From positions 1 through 47,593 of the forward strand of contig JYFJ02002995.1 in NCBI GenBank assembly GCA_000934665.2: DNA of 47,593 nt. The letters run 5' to 3'. The position numbers and the translations under genes were made by a program. The notes below the pieces were generated by a model. It did not search any database and was not told the origin of the DNA. It saw nothing but the letters and a program-made list of their open reading frames with translations. This document shows, one piece after another, positions 36,036-47,593 of this stretch. How positions within the stretch are numbered: the stretch's first letter is position 1; the number at the start of each line of letters is the position of its first letter. This DNA is from Catajapyx aquilonaris (taxonomy: Eukaryota).

Positions 36036-36435
36036 TTCTGCTGCAGCCGTTGGCCAGGTACCAGCCAACACTGGTCCAGCAGTTGTATGCACTGTAGTGG
36101 GATCTACTAATGCAGGGCAAGGCAGACTTCGGTACTGTATGTTCAAAACATAAATTATTGTCTGTTGCAGTGGATTGAGTGGCTACGCCTGAAAGGTGCA
36201 TCTGCTGGTTGAAGAACTCCAACACCTCGTACTCAATTTTTTTTTTAAAATTAGCATAGGCCTATGCCAGGCTCATTCCATTTCCATTATTTTTTCAGCA
36301 TACGTTTACCTCAGTCACTTCAGCAGAAATGTTTTGAACATACAGAATTCTGCCCTGCCCTGCACTAGTGCACTGGGGGATCCACGTGCATACAACTGCT
36401 GGACCAGTGTTGCCTGGCCAACGGCTGCAGCAGAA
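36036..36435. repeat. Imperfect inverted repeat (arms 36036-36151 and 36329-36435)
   Basis: TTCTGCTGCAGCCGTTGGCCAGG...AACACTGGTCCAGCAGTTGTATGCAC...TGTATGTTCAAAACAT present in both orientations. Confidence 0.75.
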
Positions 36436-38165
36436 CGGCTCTCAGTGGTGTCTGGATATGGATTAGGTAGCACGGGCATACATGGTGTACACAACTTAGG
36501 TACGTACACATGCAAACATACTTTCTGATGGCACCAAAAATATATATGTTCCACTCTCAATTAATACTGCCAAGGTAGCCAAAACCATAGTGTAATTTTT
36601 GTACAGATTCACAGCCGTACAGAGATCTCATTGTTTCATGAGTCAGGTACACATAAGATTTTATAACTATGTACAACAAAAGGCCAAACATATGCACATT
36701 AGTGTTTGAGAAAACACTTATCACAGTACATCTTTAACAACAAGTCACATGCAGACTATCAGGGGCTGACCTTCTTAAAATAGTTGGTTTTTTATGTGGA
36801 CACGCAAAAATCCGGTTGGGGAAGGACGCTCTCGGCAATTTACACACACAAAAATCACAACTTGAAATCAATAAGGCTCAATTCCAATAGAAAGCACAAA
36901 CAACCAGAAGAAACATTCTGTGGCATATCGCCAAGCTTCAAACAAACATGAGCCAACTGAAGTCATATCTAAAAACAGAACATAAATGAACTTTCTTTTT
37001 TTTTTTTAAATGTCAAAAGAGGATATCACTATGTCTCTGACACCCTCTTGTAATAATTCCACCCTGAAGAAGGTAGGATCAGGTGGGAATCCCAGCAGGA
37101 GGTATGCTCCTTAAGGGCAATCCAAGGATTGCCAAAATGGACACAGAGAGTTTCATAATGATTTGGAACCATTTATGAGAGTGAACTCGTGGCACCAGAA
37201 GATCCCTTCGTACCCATCAGGCATCACTTGGTCTCCGCAGCCTCGTTGCTAAGCTAATGAGCTGCAAACACAAGGTTTAAAATACTCTGTAAGATCCACG
37301 CCTCTCCAAGAAACATTTTCACTTAAATTTCAGGTGCTACAATGAAATATTATGACATCATTAGGTGTAACTGGTAAAGCAATGAAAGTGTTGTAGACTA
37401 TTTATGGGATTAAAATGATGGTATGATGCAATTTTAGTTGAGCGATAATTGTCCATGTAATAAGGCTGCGGAGACCCACATAAAGAGATCCACTGGTCCA
37501 GAGGTGTTCCCCACGAATTTTGTTGGCGTCATTATGAAACAAATCCTCTGTAAAAGGGACTGATATGAAACTAGGATTCCTCATCAACAACAAACAGGCA
37601 ACTTTCAGTCCCTTCAGGTGGAAATTATCAAAGACAAGCTCTGGGGTGATTTCAAAAGTGAACGATCTGCGTTGGAGGAGGCGATGGGGATGATCTGACT
37701 ATGAATGAAATGTAGGGTGGTTATGAAATGTACTCCTTTTTTGTGAGACCAAGGTGATGACTTCCACCAGGCACTTGCAAAAATTCGCAAAAATTATTAT
37801 CTAACACTGGAGTACCATTTTTAAAACTTAACGTTCCAGACAGCTCTGAACTGAACTTGAAATTGTACCGTTTTGTACTACGGAACTTTCACACATATCA
37901 CAGATGATTTTAAAACTCTACTAATAAGGTCTGAAATGACCTTATGAGTAACTAACTTGAGTCGACCTTAACAAGATAAATATTAGTGGCAGTGCAAGAT
38001 TAATAACGAAAGGTGCTACAGACATTTACACCACTTTAAAAAAAAAAAAAAATCCTCCTACTTTGCACTGCCAGGTATTTCAAAAGGAGAAAAAAACATC
38101 AAAGGTCTGGCAGTACTGAGCCTTTTTCCCCTTTCAATTACGGCACGTAGGTCTTCTTCTGATGA

Positions 38166-41100
38166 TCACGGTATGACACTAAGCGACCCGCTGTATGGTC
38201 CACTTCCAAACTTGGCAGTAACAGCACTCACGGCGAAATGGTACAGTTCCCCTTTTTTCAGCTGTTGAATAAAAAGAAACATGAAATTCAATTACAAAAA
38301 AAAATACCCTTAAAGTGTCAATAAAATTATTTAACATTAGGGCTCCACAAGTTCAGGATGGCACAATGCTACTGCAATTTTTCAACTCAACAAGGGAGTG
38401 GTACGAGGATGCCCAATCTATGGAATATATCAGATCATGAAAACTTTCTGGAAGTCATTATATCCCTCTGCGCCTGTCACACCCTCAGATGATTACAGAT
38501 AAATACAGAATCTCTCCTTATTGCTGCTCATACAATATGCTGTACATTCCTACTGGTACCGGTATCACACCGCAATGGAATTTTTTTAAAGCCCTGTAAA
38601 TAATATCCCAGCTGAACACCACTCACAGTCAGAGCAGGCAATTGTTCCGTAACGTACCACAACACATGAAATAATCAAACACCGTTGGGAAAAACACTTA
38701 CGTCAAAGAGCTTGACAGACTTTTCCGTTGCTCCAAGGTACCCTACGCTCATAAAATCTGATGCCTCCTCCCCTCTACGTACGAACAACTGATAATCAAT
38801 AATGTCGGGGTTCTCGGGTAGAGGCATGTCCCATGTCAATTTCACACATCCTACATGGACAGGTTAGCATTGATTAACATGAAACCACAATCACAATTTC
38901 AGTTCTTACCCGGGTCCACCCTGTGAATATCCGTCAATGTTGGAATCGGTAATAAGTATCCCGCTGTTGGAGGTTCCTGCTGGTAAATCATGCGAATTAA
39001 TACAGTTGAATTTATTTTCAACATTCTCAGGTAGTGGCAGAGCCTAGATACAAGATGTTCCGGTTTAAATGTGTCCATTGTAGTTGCCACATTTTCGGCA
39101 CTAAGCTGCTTATTTGAGAAAAAAAAAGTCACTTTGTCAGTGGTTATAGACTTAGTCATTATCAAAAGCACTGACAGCTAATATTAGGTTTCATGGACCC
39201 ATCTCCTTTTCACACATCCAATGCAAGGGTTCAGGCCTGCAAAAATATATTACTTCTGCCATTACATATATGATGCCAATTGCTCCAATAAAGGGCGGGC
39301 TCTCCAATATTACATTCATTGCCCTGGCTGCTTCACCTATCTCCCTCTCTTGATGAGTAATATTGGGGATTCGGGCAGTGCACCAGCTTGTGAATACATA
39401 CCGTTGCAGCTATGGCACCACCTGAAGGTCCTGCAACTCCACCTTCTGGCTCTTCAAATGAAGTGCTGGCCTTGTCTGGAGTCATGCTTGGCTGCAGACC
39501 TGCAGCAGCTAGTGTTTCTGCCTGTGCCATCCCTGGCCCCACCTCGATGGACCTCACAGGCTCCGACTCTGGGGTTGGTCCGTCAGCATCAGGAAGATGA
39601 CTGGTCACAACGGGACTCACCTGAGAATAAAACGAGTTTCTTCAAGCATGCTTTTATCACAAATCATTAGTTAGTCGCTGTGAAAGGAGACAATGCCTGA
39701 TTCTAATCACACAGTCATTTACAAATGTTTACCTACCTGGGGATTTGCTGCCACATCTGATGTCACAGGAAGCGAGGTTGGGCTGGCTGGCTCAGCTGCA
39801 CGGAATTGCAACTCCTGATCAGTTAAATCTAGGGGTGCACAAAACCAATGACAATAAAACTCACTGAAATATTCCCACAACTGTAAGACACGGCACCACC
39901 CAAGATGCAGTTAAATAATTGCTTACACATGAACATTTTTTGCATAAACAGAATCATGAAAAATGACAACTCACCTTGCTCAACTAGCTGCAAATCACCC
40001 CTCGACAAGGTCGGCTGCATAGGCTCCATAACACTGACAGACACCTCGGAAGGCATCGTCATACCTGTGATCGCATACATCTGTAGAAGAAAAGAAATAC
40101 ATTTCAGTAAATACCATGTCGCTCTTTGTCACTTTAAGTTCTCTAGAAAATTTCACTGACAATCGCATGAACAACTGTAATTAGCCACCATTTGAATTAC
40201 TTCATGCTGCGTATATCTGCATTGCTTCGAAAACTTGAACACTGATATCCTCTCACAATAAGTGGCAGCCACTGAACTCATTTTCTGGTTTTTTGACGTC
40301 AGTTACAACAGCAATAATGTGCAAAATTAATGCAAGCAGGAGGTTCATCCCTGGTCATCTCATTAAGCAATGAATACTACTATACTTGCCTGTTCATGAG
40401 TCAGAGCTGTTTCTTTTGCACTCTGCTGTGATAGCGCAATCTCAGTCGCATTTAGGTCCGATGAGTTGTCCCTTCCACCATCTGCAATGACAAGAGGGCC
40501 TCTGACACTTTCGGCAACGTTTAACGTAGCAATAGTCGTCGTAAAGACAAGGAATGTAAATCAGGCGACGTGCTTATATTCATGTACAATATTTGAGATA
40601 CTTGTGAAAAGATGATTTAACCTATTTTTTAAAATTATGCGGAATCTGCTGAATTCTGATTGGATCCAATCAAAAATGAAATTGTCAAAAATATGTAGGC
40701 TCATAAAATAACTGGGGGGAAAAAAACTGACCATCTCCTGCCATATTATTATGGTCCCGGGTGTGATCAACCACCTCCATTTCAGCCCCAATCTCAACAC
40801 TTGGACTGGAAAAAATCGGATCATCTCCTGCCTGATCATCATCATCTTCATCCCCAGTGAGATCAATCACCTCCATGATTTCAGCCTCATTCTCAACACT
40901 TGGACTGGCTTGTAATAGGGGAGCAGTTGCAGTGCTGCTCACGGGTGCAGTCATATCAGATTCATTTACAGCAACTGCAGGTCTTGCAGTACTGCTGGTC
41001 ACAGGTTCAGTTGCAGCATATTCATTTATGACAACTGCAGCCCTTGCTGCTGATGAAGTTGCAAACGGATGGCACTGCTGGATCAGCTCTGAAGCCCCTG

Positions 41101-42005
41101 CCACTATATAAGTCGTTCTTCCTGAACTCCTACGTTTCACAGGGAGCAAAGGTGTTCTGAGATATGTGCTCGTCAAGGATTTTGCCTGCACTCTGCGTGG
41201 ACGCATGCTGGATGCAGGTCTTGCGATGATAGGTTGGGTCATCACGTGGACGGCAGAAGCAGGAGGTGCCTCATTGGCTGTGCCAGTGTTACCGACGATG
41301 TTTCCGCGATAAAGACAAGCTGTCATGGGAACTGCCTGACTGCCTGAAGGTACTCGGGAGCTTGTCGCCACATCCTATCCAAAATATCACTCAATTAGTG
41401 CACATTGCAACAGAAGAAATACTTAGTTTCAAGACTGCATGGTAGAGGTGTGTATCTCATCAGGTATAGTACATTTTTAAGTAACCCGGGAAGATTTTTG
41501 AAAACTTGTCTTTTACAACACCCTACGATAGGATCTAATGTGGAACATACAGTATGTGAGTAGGGAGAGTGCTATTATTAGTTCCTTAATTAATGGCATT
41601 ATATTAACAAAGTTTATTGCAGCTGTTTGCAGGACCTTGTGGCAATGCTCACATTGCAGACGAAAATAGAAGGTGCTCCGGTACTCACCAGAAAACGTCC
41701 ATTTTGTACCGGTACTCGAGCCCATCTCGATGTACCGCCTGGACTGACCACCTGTGCTTTTGCCACAAACTATCCAAAAAATTTCACGCAATTAGTAGTG
41801 CACATTGCGACAGCATGTACCAAGTTTCATGGTACATTATGCATTTAATCCACTGCATTTTTAGGTAACCCAGGAAGTTTTTTGAAAGAGTTTACGGTAG
41901 AATCTATTACTAAGGGAGCGGACAATATTGCATCTTTTACCAAGATCCTTTGTAATTTATATCCCACCTCCCCCAAAAAGGGCTCTGCCCTCGAACGGGG
42001 TATCA

Positions 42006-42056
<51 letters not shown>

Positions 42057-44296
42057 AATATTTATATCCCACCAAAAATGCTGTCAGACCTTTTTTTTAG
42101 ACAGCGACTTATCCTTAGGAGAAGGCAAAATTATCAATCAAACAAACCAGCACGGCCCATGTTTAGCAAAAGGCATTAACCCACATCATACTAGTTTCGA
42201 GAAAATCGACTTTAAAGGTTTTTGTCTCTGTCTACTTCAGGTAATAAAGTGAGAAATCTGTTTGATGTCATATTACCACCATTACAACATCCCGGTCATT
42301 ACAGTGCACTTCGATTACTGATTAATGGGTCAGAGGTCAAAAAATATGACTAAATATGCAGATAATGCTCTTTGCCAAAGCACTGATTTTTTGACTTTCC
42401 CTTACCTCATATAGGTAAGAAGGCATTAACCAACATTTTGCAATGGAGATCATGTCGATTTTTGACATCCATTACGCCAAAAATTAATATGTACGTATGC
42501 TTTATTATTTTAGAAACAATTGAGCAAGAGAGTGAAATATTTTATATTATCATTGCAAATCACCATTATATAAGCACTATTATCAAATCATCGCATTGGT
42601 TTGAAACACAGTGAAACAAAATTGTAATCAATAAATTTGTGTAATTATAACTTATTAATTGAAAAAGTAGCCTTCCTTTTTTGACTATCAAAAAATTATC
42701 ATGTGATCCCACCGTAATTGAAGGTAACACCACATTGAAATCCTATAACAATAATATTTGTGGAGAAACATACTGGTATAATAATCAATCAGCCATAAAT
42801 AAACGGTATCAATATTTGTTGATCATTACTATTCCTTTATTCAAATCGAAGAAAAAAAAAAACCTAGTAAAAGTAAACAAATTAAGAGAAAGTAAAGTGA
42901 TAAAGTGGATCATTGATAGTCATGCAGTAAATCCTTTGACTGTTCGCTGACAGGAAGGGCCTGTTTCACCGAGCTCGGTATATGATAAAACCAAGGTTCT
43001 TTCGAAAAATCCCTACATATTTGCATGGATTTTCCTAAAGAAACCTGGTTTTACGTACCATATACCGAGCTCAGTGAAACGGGCCCTTAGTGGTTCCAAA
43101 AATGCCTGCGGTTTTAAGATTGCCGCTAAAAATTTGGTTCCTCGCGAGTTGCAGTTGTATTGTTCTTCCCAAAACACGTCGTGAAATAGGTAACCCTTCT
43201 GTCGGCCATTTTTCACATGGCACACTGACAGACTCTATCCTGCGTGTGCCTGGATTTCTCAGGTCGTCGTGTGGAAAATCACGTAGCTGATTGGCTCTGT
43301 GCGGATGATGGCTCATACATGCTGAACTATATTTATATGACTGCGTCGAAAAATTTTAGAGGCAGAGGGCATTAAGCCTCTCACATACTCACTGAATTAT
43401 GGTGGTCAGCATATCTTAACCAGGCAAGAGGCATTATCAGCACATATAATGCCTTCAGCCATATATTCAGCAACTCTTACACCGGGAAGAACTGATAAGT
43501 AAAAAGGCATTATGAGGTTATAATGCTTTCAGTCGCAGAATTCAATGCCACCGCGTTGCACATATTATAATTTTGCCGCCAAATCATTCAGTAATAGGCT
43601 GCAAGTGATGCCTGTTTACAAATATTATCTTACAAACGGAGCGTCGTAGAGGCTCCAGGGTCGGGCTATTTGATAGGTCTTGATGTGAGGGTTAATGCCG
43701 TGGTGTTAACTCATTTTGAGCCATGATGTGGGTTAATGCCTTTTGCCAAACATGGGCCGCATTGGAAATTTAAAATATTAATTATACCTGCAAGTGTATG
43801 CTATTAGTGGAAAACTTCATCCTCTTATTGGGGGAACCTTCTGCTGCATCGCATCCACCGCCCTTCTCATCCTCAGGGCTCCTCTTGTCGATGGCTGGCA
43901 ATGATGGCCCTCCTGCTGATGCCAATGGTGGGTCATTGGGATCAGGATCGGCCTCATGTCCCACCTTCCCATCAGCAGGCTCTTCCTGAACCGGGACACG
44001 TTCTTCATCTCCATCAGCAGACCCGCTGGCCTCTGCGCTGCCTCCGTCCCCATCAGCGCAGCTCGTCATGTCCAAATGACCGGCCTCCTGAAGGATTGCC
44101 TCCTGCTGCGGACTGTCCTCCTGATGATGACCGACGGCGCTGCTGCTTCCATCACCGTCATCTCCATCCTCCTCGCAACAACCAAGCTCCCTCTTCCTTC
44201 CACTATTCGGGAGGCTCATCATGACGCACCTGACTTTCTCACACTCTTGTATGGACGATGAGCTACCAGTAGTGCCGGATGGTGCACCTGCTGCAG
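38166..44296 (-). CDS. ATF7IP/Windei-like protein: low-complexity acidic region, SUMO-interacting motif, C-terminal fibronectin type III domain (start codon uncertain)
   Basis: Frame-consistent exons 44296-43788, 41751-41689, 41374-40732, 40481-40390 (GC donor), 40080-39975, 39828-39737, 39620-39402, 38976-38910, 38850-38702 and 38261-38166. VIDLTGDEDDDD at 40870-40835. FN3: VKLTWD...IIDYQLFV...LKKGELYHFAVSAVTAKFGSGPYS, then stop. Confidence 0.6.
42005..42057. repeat. (AAAT)n microsatellite
   Basis: About 13 units. Confidence 0.95.
42153..43759. mobile_element. Non-autonomous DNA transposon (about 1.6 kb), possibly CMC/CACTA-like
   Basis: 37-bp TIR CGGCCCATGTTT(A/G)GCAAAAGGCATTAACCCACATCAT at both ends; CA on both flanks; many internal GGCATTA repeats; no transposase ORF. 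Confidence 0.7.
42956..43087. mobile_element. Nested palindromic MITE (Harbinger-like termini)
   Basis: AGGGCCTGTTTCACCGAGCTCGGTATATG...CATATACCGAGCTCAGTGAAACGGGCCCT; target duplication not clean. Confidence 0.65.
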
Positions 44297-44447
44297 CTGA
44301 AGTAGACAAGGAAGAAGACAATAATAAGGTGCCGGTCAGACGAGGATCGCTCCCAACCGCGGTCTAGCTGCAGCCCCTTCCATTCGAATGCGATTCGAAC
44401 GTTCTTCCATCCATCCGCCCGCCCCCCTCCCCGGCGAGTGAGCAGAG

Positions 44448-44518
44448 TGCGCATGCGCAGTCCCATATTGTCTGCTCGGCCTACCAAGATGGCGGCCCCC
44501 ACAGGAGGACGCCATCTT
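44448..44518. promoter_or_regulatory. Probable promoter of the ATF7IP-like gene
   Basis: NRF1/Ewg palindrome TGCGCATGCGCA (44448-44459); YY1/Pho motifs CAAGATGGCGGC (44485-44496) and CGCCATCTT (44510-44518). Confidence 0.5.
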
Positions 44519-44956
44519 ACTCGTCCATCCGATTTGTCCTTACTTATGTTATATTGCCCGGTCACGACCACGGAGTATAACATGGAGTATAACAATCCTC
44601 ACGAGACTCTGTTGGGGCCCCCCCGAACACTTGATCCCGCTCGAAATTATTTGCCAGATGGAACCTGTCGTCATTGCAGGCAGCGGCAGATGGAAACCGT
44701 GTCTAATGTGGCCGAAAGAAGTCAGAACGGAGGCTGTCCGACAGATGGCACGGCCGCCTTGACAACTTACTCTCAATGGCATTGATATATTCGCACACAA
44801 TATTGGCGCGCGAAAGACAACTACACGACCACAATGTGACCAGACATACTATAGCCTGTACACAACAATGTCAGGTCATTTGAAAGAATCGCCGGTTACG
44901 GAATCGATGGACCTCGGGGTCGCGAAGGGTTTTCTGGGGGTGTCGCCGAGGTCTTG

Positions 44957-45022
<66 letters not shown>

Positions 45023-45080
45023 GTTATTATTATTATTATTGTTATTATTATTATTATTATTATTATTGTTATTATTATTA

Positions 45081-45127
<47 letters not shown>
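44957..45127. repeat. (TTA)n microsatellite with occasional TTG
   Basis: About 57 trinucleotide units; explains the poly-N and poly-L ORFs. Confidence 0.97.
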
Positions 45128-46671
45128 TAATTCCAGTATACCGACCCTCACTTATGTAATATTCCCAACCTCCATTTTTTTTCCTGTAGAAATGCGCAAA
45201 CAATGTCTCGGTTCAGAGATGCTATAGGGCTTCGTATAGTATAGGGCATCGAACAATTCCTTCACAGTCGTGGAATGCTGATCGAGTATCCACGGGCTTA
45301 GTATTGCGCAACAGGTAGCTGTAATAATAGGACATGGTCGTACCGATATAGGTTCGTAATTGAGAAAGAGTTTTTCTCGGGGGAAATGAGACCAAATAAC
45401 GAGCTGTGTTAGGCTCGACAAAACCTGTTGGAAGGGACTATATAGGATCAGTTGTGACATAACCGTCAAGGGTCCGACGGATTCAAGCAATAAGTGACTG
45501 ATGAGGACGAGGCAGTGAATCCTTCCATCAGGTATATGCTGGAACTCATGTCACTCCACAGATGATAAAAATTACATCTTCAATATTGAAGCCAAGTTTC
45601 ACGCAGAACTACCAATAAGCCCCGCAAGCTGCACAGCTATTCATAGAATGCAGCAGTTCAAGATATGGAAAAAGAGAAAGCCACCATGTTCAGAGTCGGC
45701 GTTTTGTTTAAAAAATATATATCTCATTTTTGAAGCTCAACTAGCAGTTAAGGCATACTTATAATTTGCATGCCTGTAAATAACGTCACATTGGTTATGA
45801 CACATTTTATCACTTTCTCATTGAATCTCGGTTATCTCCGCGAACGCCCTGAATGATCATATTGGAATATCACGCAACTGACTGGCTGCTATCAGTAAAT
45901 CTGGGTCTAAGAGGTCAAAAGGTGGGATGCCTATATACTTGACTTAACTGTTCACGCAAATAAAATAAAAATATCCAGTTAGCAGCAGTGCAAAGGTGTC
46001 ACACCTGTGGCCCACATATTTAATCAGACACCCCCCCCCCTCCCTACTATATGTACTGTTGCCATTTCCTTACTATAAAATGAGTGCAACCAGTGCTTTG
46101 TACCAACAGGTACAAAAAGGAGGGTAACCAAACTATTTCCCAAAAACTCGTACCACCTATAGACAGGGTCCAACCCAGTCCAAATGCACTTAAAGTAGCC
46201 TACTCATATTGCTTTTTTTTCTTATCGGCGTTGGTTCATTGTTATGCATAAGATGCGAATTATTTTATGTGGGTTCTGTGAGTTGTTTTATTCGTGTGTT
46301 GCCCTTATTTTCGTAATTGAATCTATCGCTTTATTGTAGGGAAATTAAAGTGACCAAAGAACGTTTTCGCTGTCCTAGGCCTTTATACTTTTGCTCGCAT
46401 CGGTACAAGTGCCAAGCTTATCGACAGAAAAAAAAGACAAGGTTGATCAAAGCGAGCTTGAGAAACTATGCGATGCGCACAATTTTTGTACAGTATCTGG
46501 TATCTTAGTGATAAAAAAAATATAGCAGGAGATATAAATGGCGGCGATCGGCTCTATCTTTCGGCTCACAACAATGCAGGTAAGGTTCTGGGACGGGTAT
46601 AATTTCGAGACCCAAGGCTCAGCATATATTTTTCTAACCCTTCCTGATTGGGCCTCCGCCAGCAGGCGAAT

Positions 46672-47219
46672 ATGAAGCTGACACTCTTGGCTCTCCTTGG
46701 ACTGGCAGCCTGCAGCTGGGCTCTCCCGGCAGCCAAAGATGGTAAACTTTCCGGAAAATCCCTTTTGCATATCCATTACCATCTCTGATGAGCCCCATCC
46801 CGCACAATTTAATTCCCGATATTTTTTTCGTTTTTTATTTTTCGACAAAAAATGCACATCAGGGAAGAAGATACTCCTGTGCTATTATGGTACCTGGGCT
46901 GTGTACCGGCCGGGAAATGGTGCCTTCGCTGTTTCAGACCTGGACCCGCACCTATGCACGCACATCACCTATGGGTTCGCAGGGTTAAACGGGGCCAACG
47001 AGATCTATTCGCTGGACCCTTACTGCGACCTGTGCGATGATTACGGAATGTGTGAGTATAGCTTACTGATGAACCCCCTCAGCGAAGACAATAAACTCAT
47101 TTAAATATTTGGTTCCAGGTGGATATGTCCATTTCACGGGCCTAAAGAAGCAAAACCCCGATCTGAAGACCATCCTGGCCATCGGAGGCTGGAACGAAGG
47201 CTCCACCAAATATTCCAAG
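46672..47219 (+). CDS. Secreted GH18 chitinase or chitinase-like protein, 5' part (continues beyond the window)
   Basis: Exons 46672-46741 (signal peptide [17 protein letters not shown]), 46863-47051 ([12 protein letters not shown]...[15 protein letters not shown]) and 47119-47219 ([14 protein letters not shown]). TATAAA at 46533. The catalytic DxDxE motif is outside the window. Confidence 0.92.
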
Positions 47220-47546
47220 GTAACGAGCAATTAGTGGTGGCGATCACACGCCTGTTTCGGAGGCAAACTGCCGCCATCATATTTCAACCCCCTTATTGCT
47301 TCACAACCACTTTTCTGCGCCATTTTATGCCTCCTCGTTTATATTGGTAACGTCATCCCCATGTACACAAAATATCGTGGCTGTGACGTATATAAATAGC
47401 GGCGTTACGTGATGGATGATTATCCTGCAAGCCGTCAAGACTCTTTCACATAGTTGCCTCTCCCACGTCCAATACGCAACATACACACACACACACGTTA
47501 TAAAGTGCTATCCTTGTGAGGGTCTGGCAAAAATAAAAATTTAAAA

Positions 47547-47589
47547 CTAACCTAACCTAACCTAACCTAACCTAACCTAACCTAACCTA
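47547..47589. repeat. Interstitial (CCTAA)n / TTAGG tract
   Basis: About 8 units inside a chitinase intron, followed by non-repeat bases. Confidence 0.9.
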
Positions 47590-47593
47590 CAAA

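Noticed and set aside
37040..37720. Open frames downstream of the ATF7IP-like stop (and similarly at 31000-31350)
   Set aside because: No recognisable domain or consistent exon chain.
44876..45227. Poly-Asn and poly-Leu ORFs
   Set aside because: Translations of the (TTA)n microsatellite.
45128..45570. LINE 3' end with a (TAA)n tail, or hammerhead ribozyme at CTGATGA (45498)
   Set aside because: No recognisable reverse-transcriptase remnant, and no GAAA core closing stem II.
47547..47589. True telomere
   Set aside because: Only about 8 units, inside a gene intron, followed by non-telomeric bases.

Overview
Eukaryotic DNA from an arthropod, probably a crustacean (51-62 nt introns, TTAGG repeat, GH18 chitinase with a DLCDDYGMC motif). 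Exon boundaries below were read by hand from GT-AG signals and reading-frame continuity; no RNA evidence was available. The main structure is a minus-strand BTB-zinc-finger locus (30114 to 8039). Four common 5' exons (BTB, acidic/AT-hook, one C2H2 finger, linker) end in a phase-0 donor. They are followed by ten tandem C2H2 array modules (A-J, about 96 fingers). Each module starts at a phase-0 splice acceptor and ends with its own stop codon and a conserved UGUA+AAUAAA polyadenylation cassette. This suggests a lola/mod(mdg4)-style gene with alternative 3' ends, but with long poly-finger arrays. Downstream is a 15-exon gene fusing an acyl-CoA-dehydrogenase-fold domain, apparently lacking the catalytic Glu, to a cytochrome-b5-reductase/FNR-type domain. 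Upstream are a 5'-truncated duplicate of the BTB common region, an ATF7IP/Windei-like gene (SIM plus C-terminal FN3) and the 5' end of a chitinase. A tRNA-derived SINE, several MITEs and microsatellites are also present.
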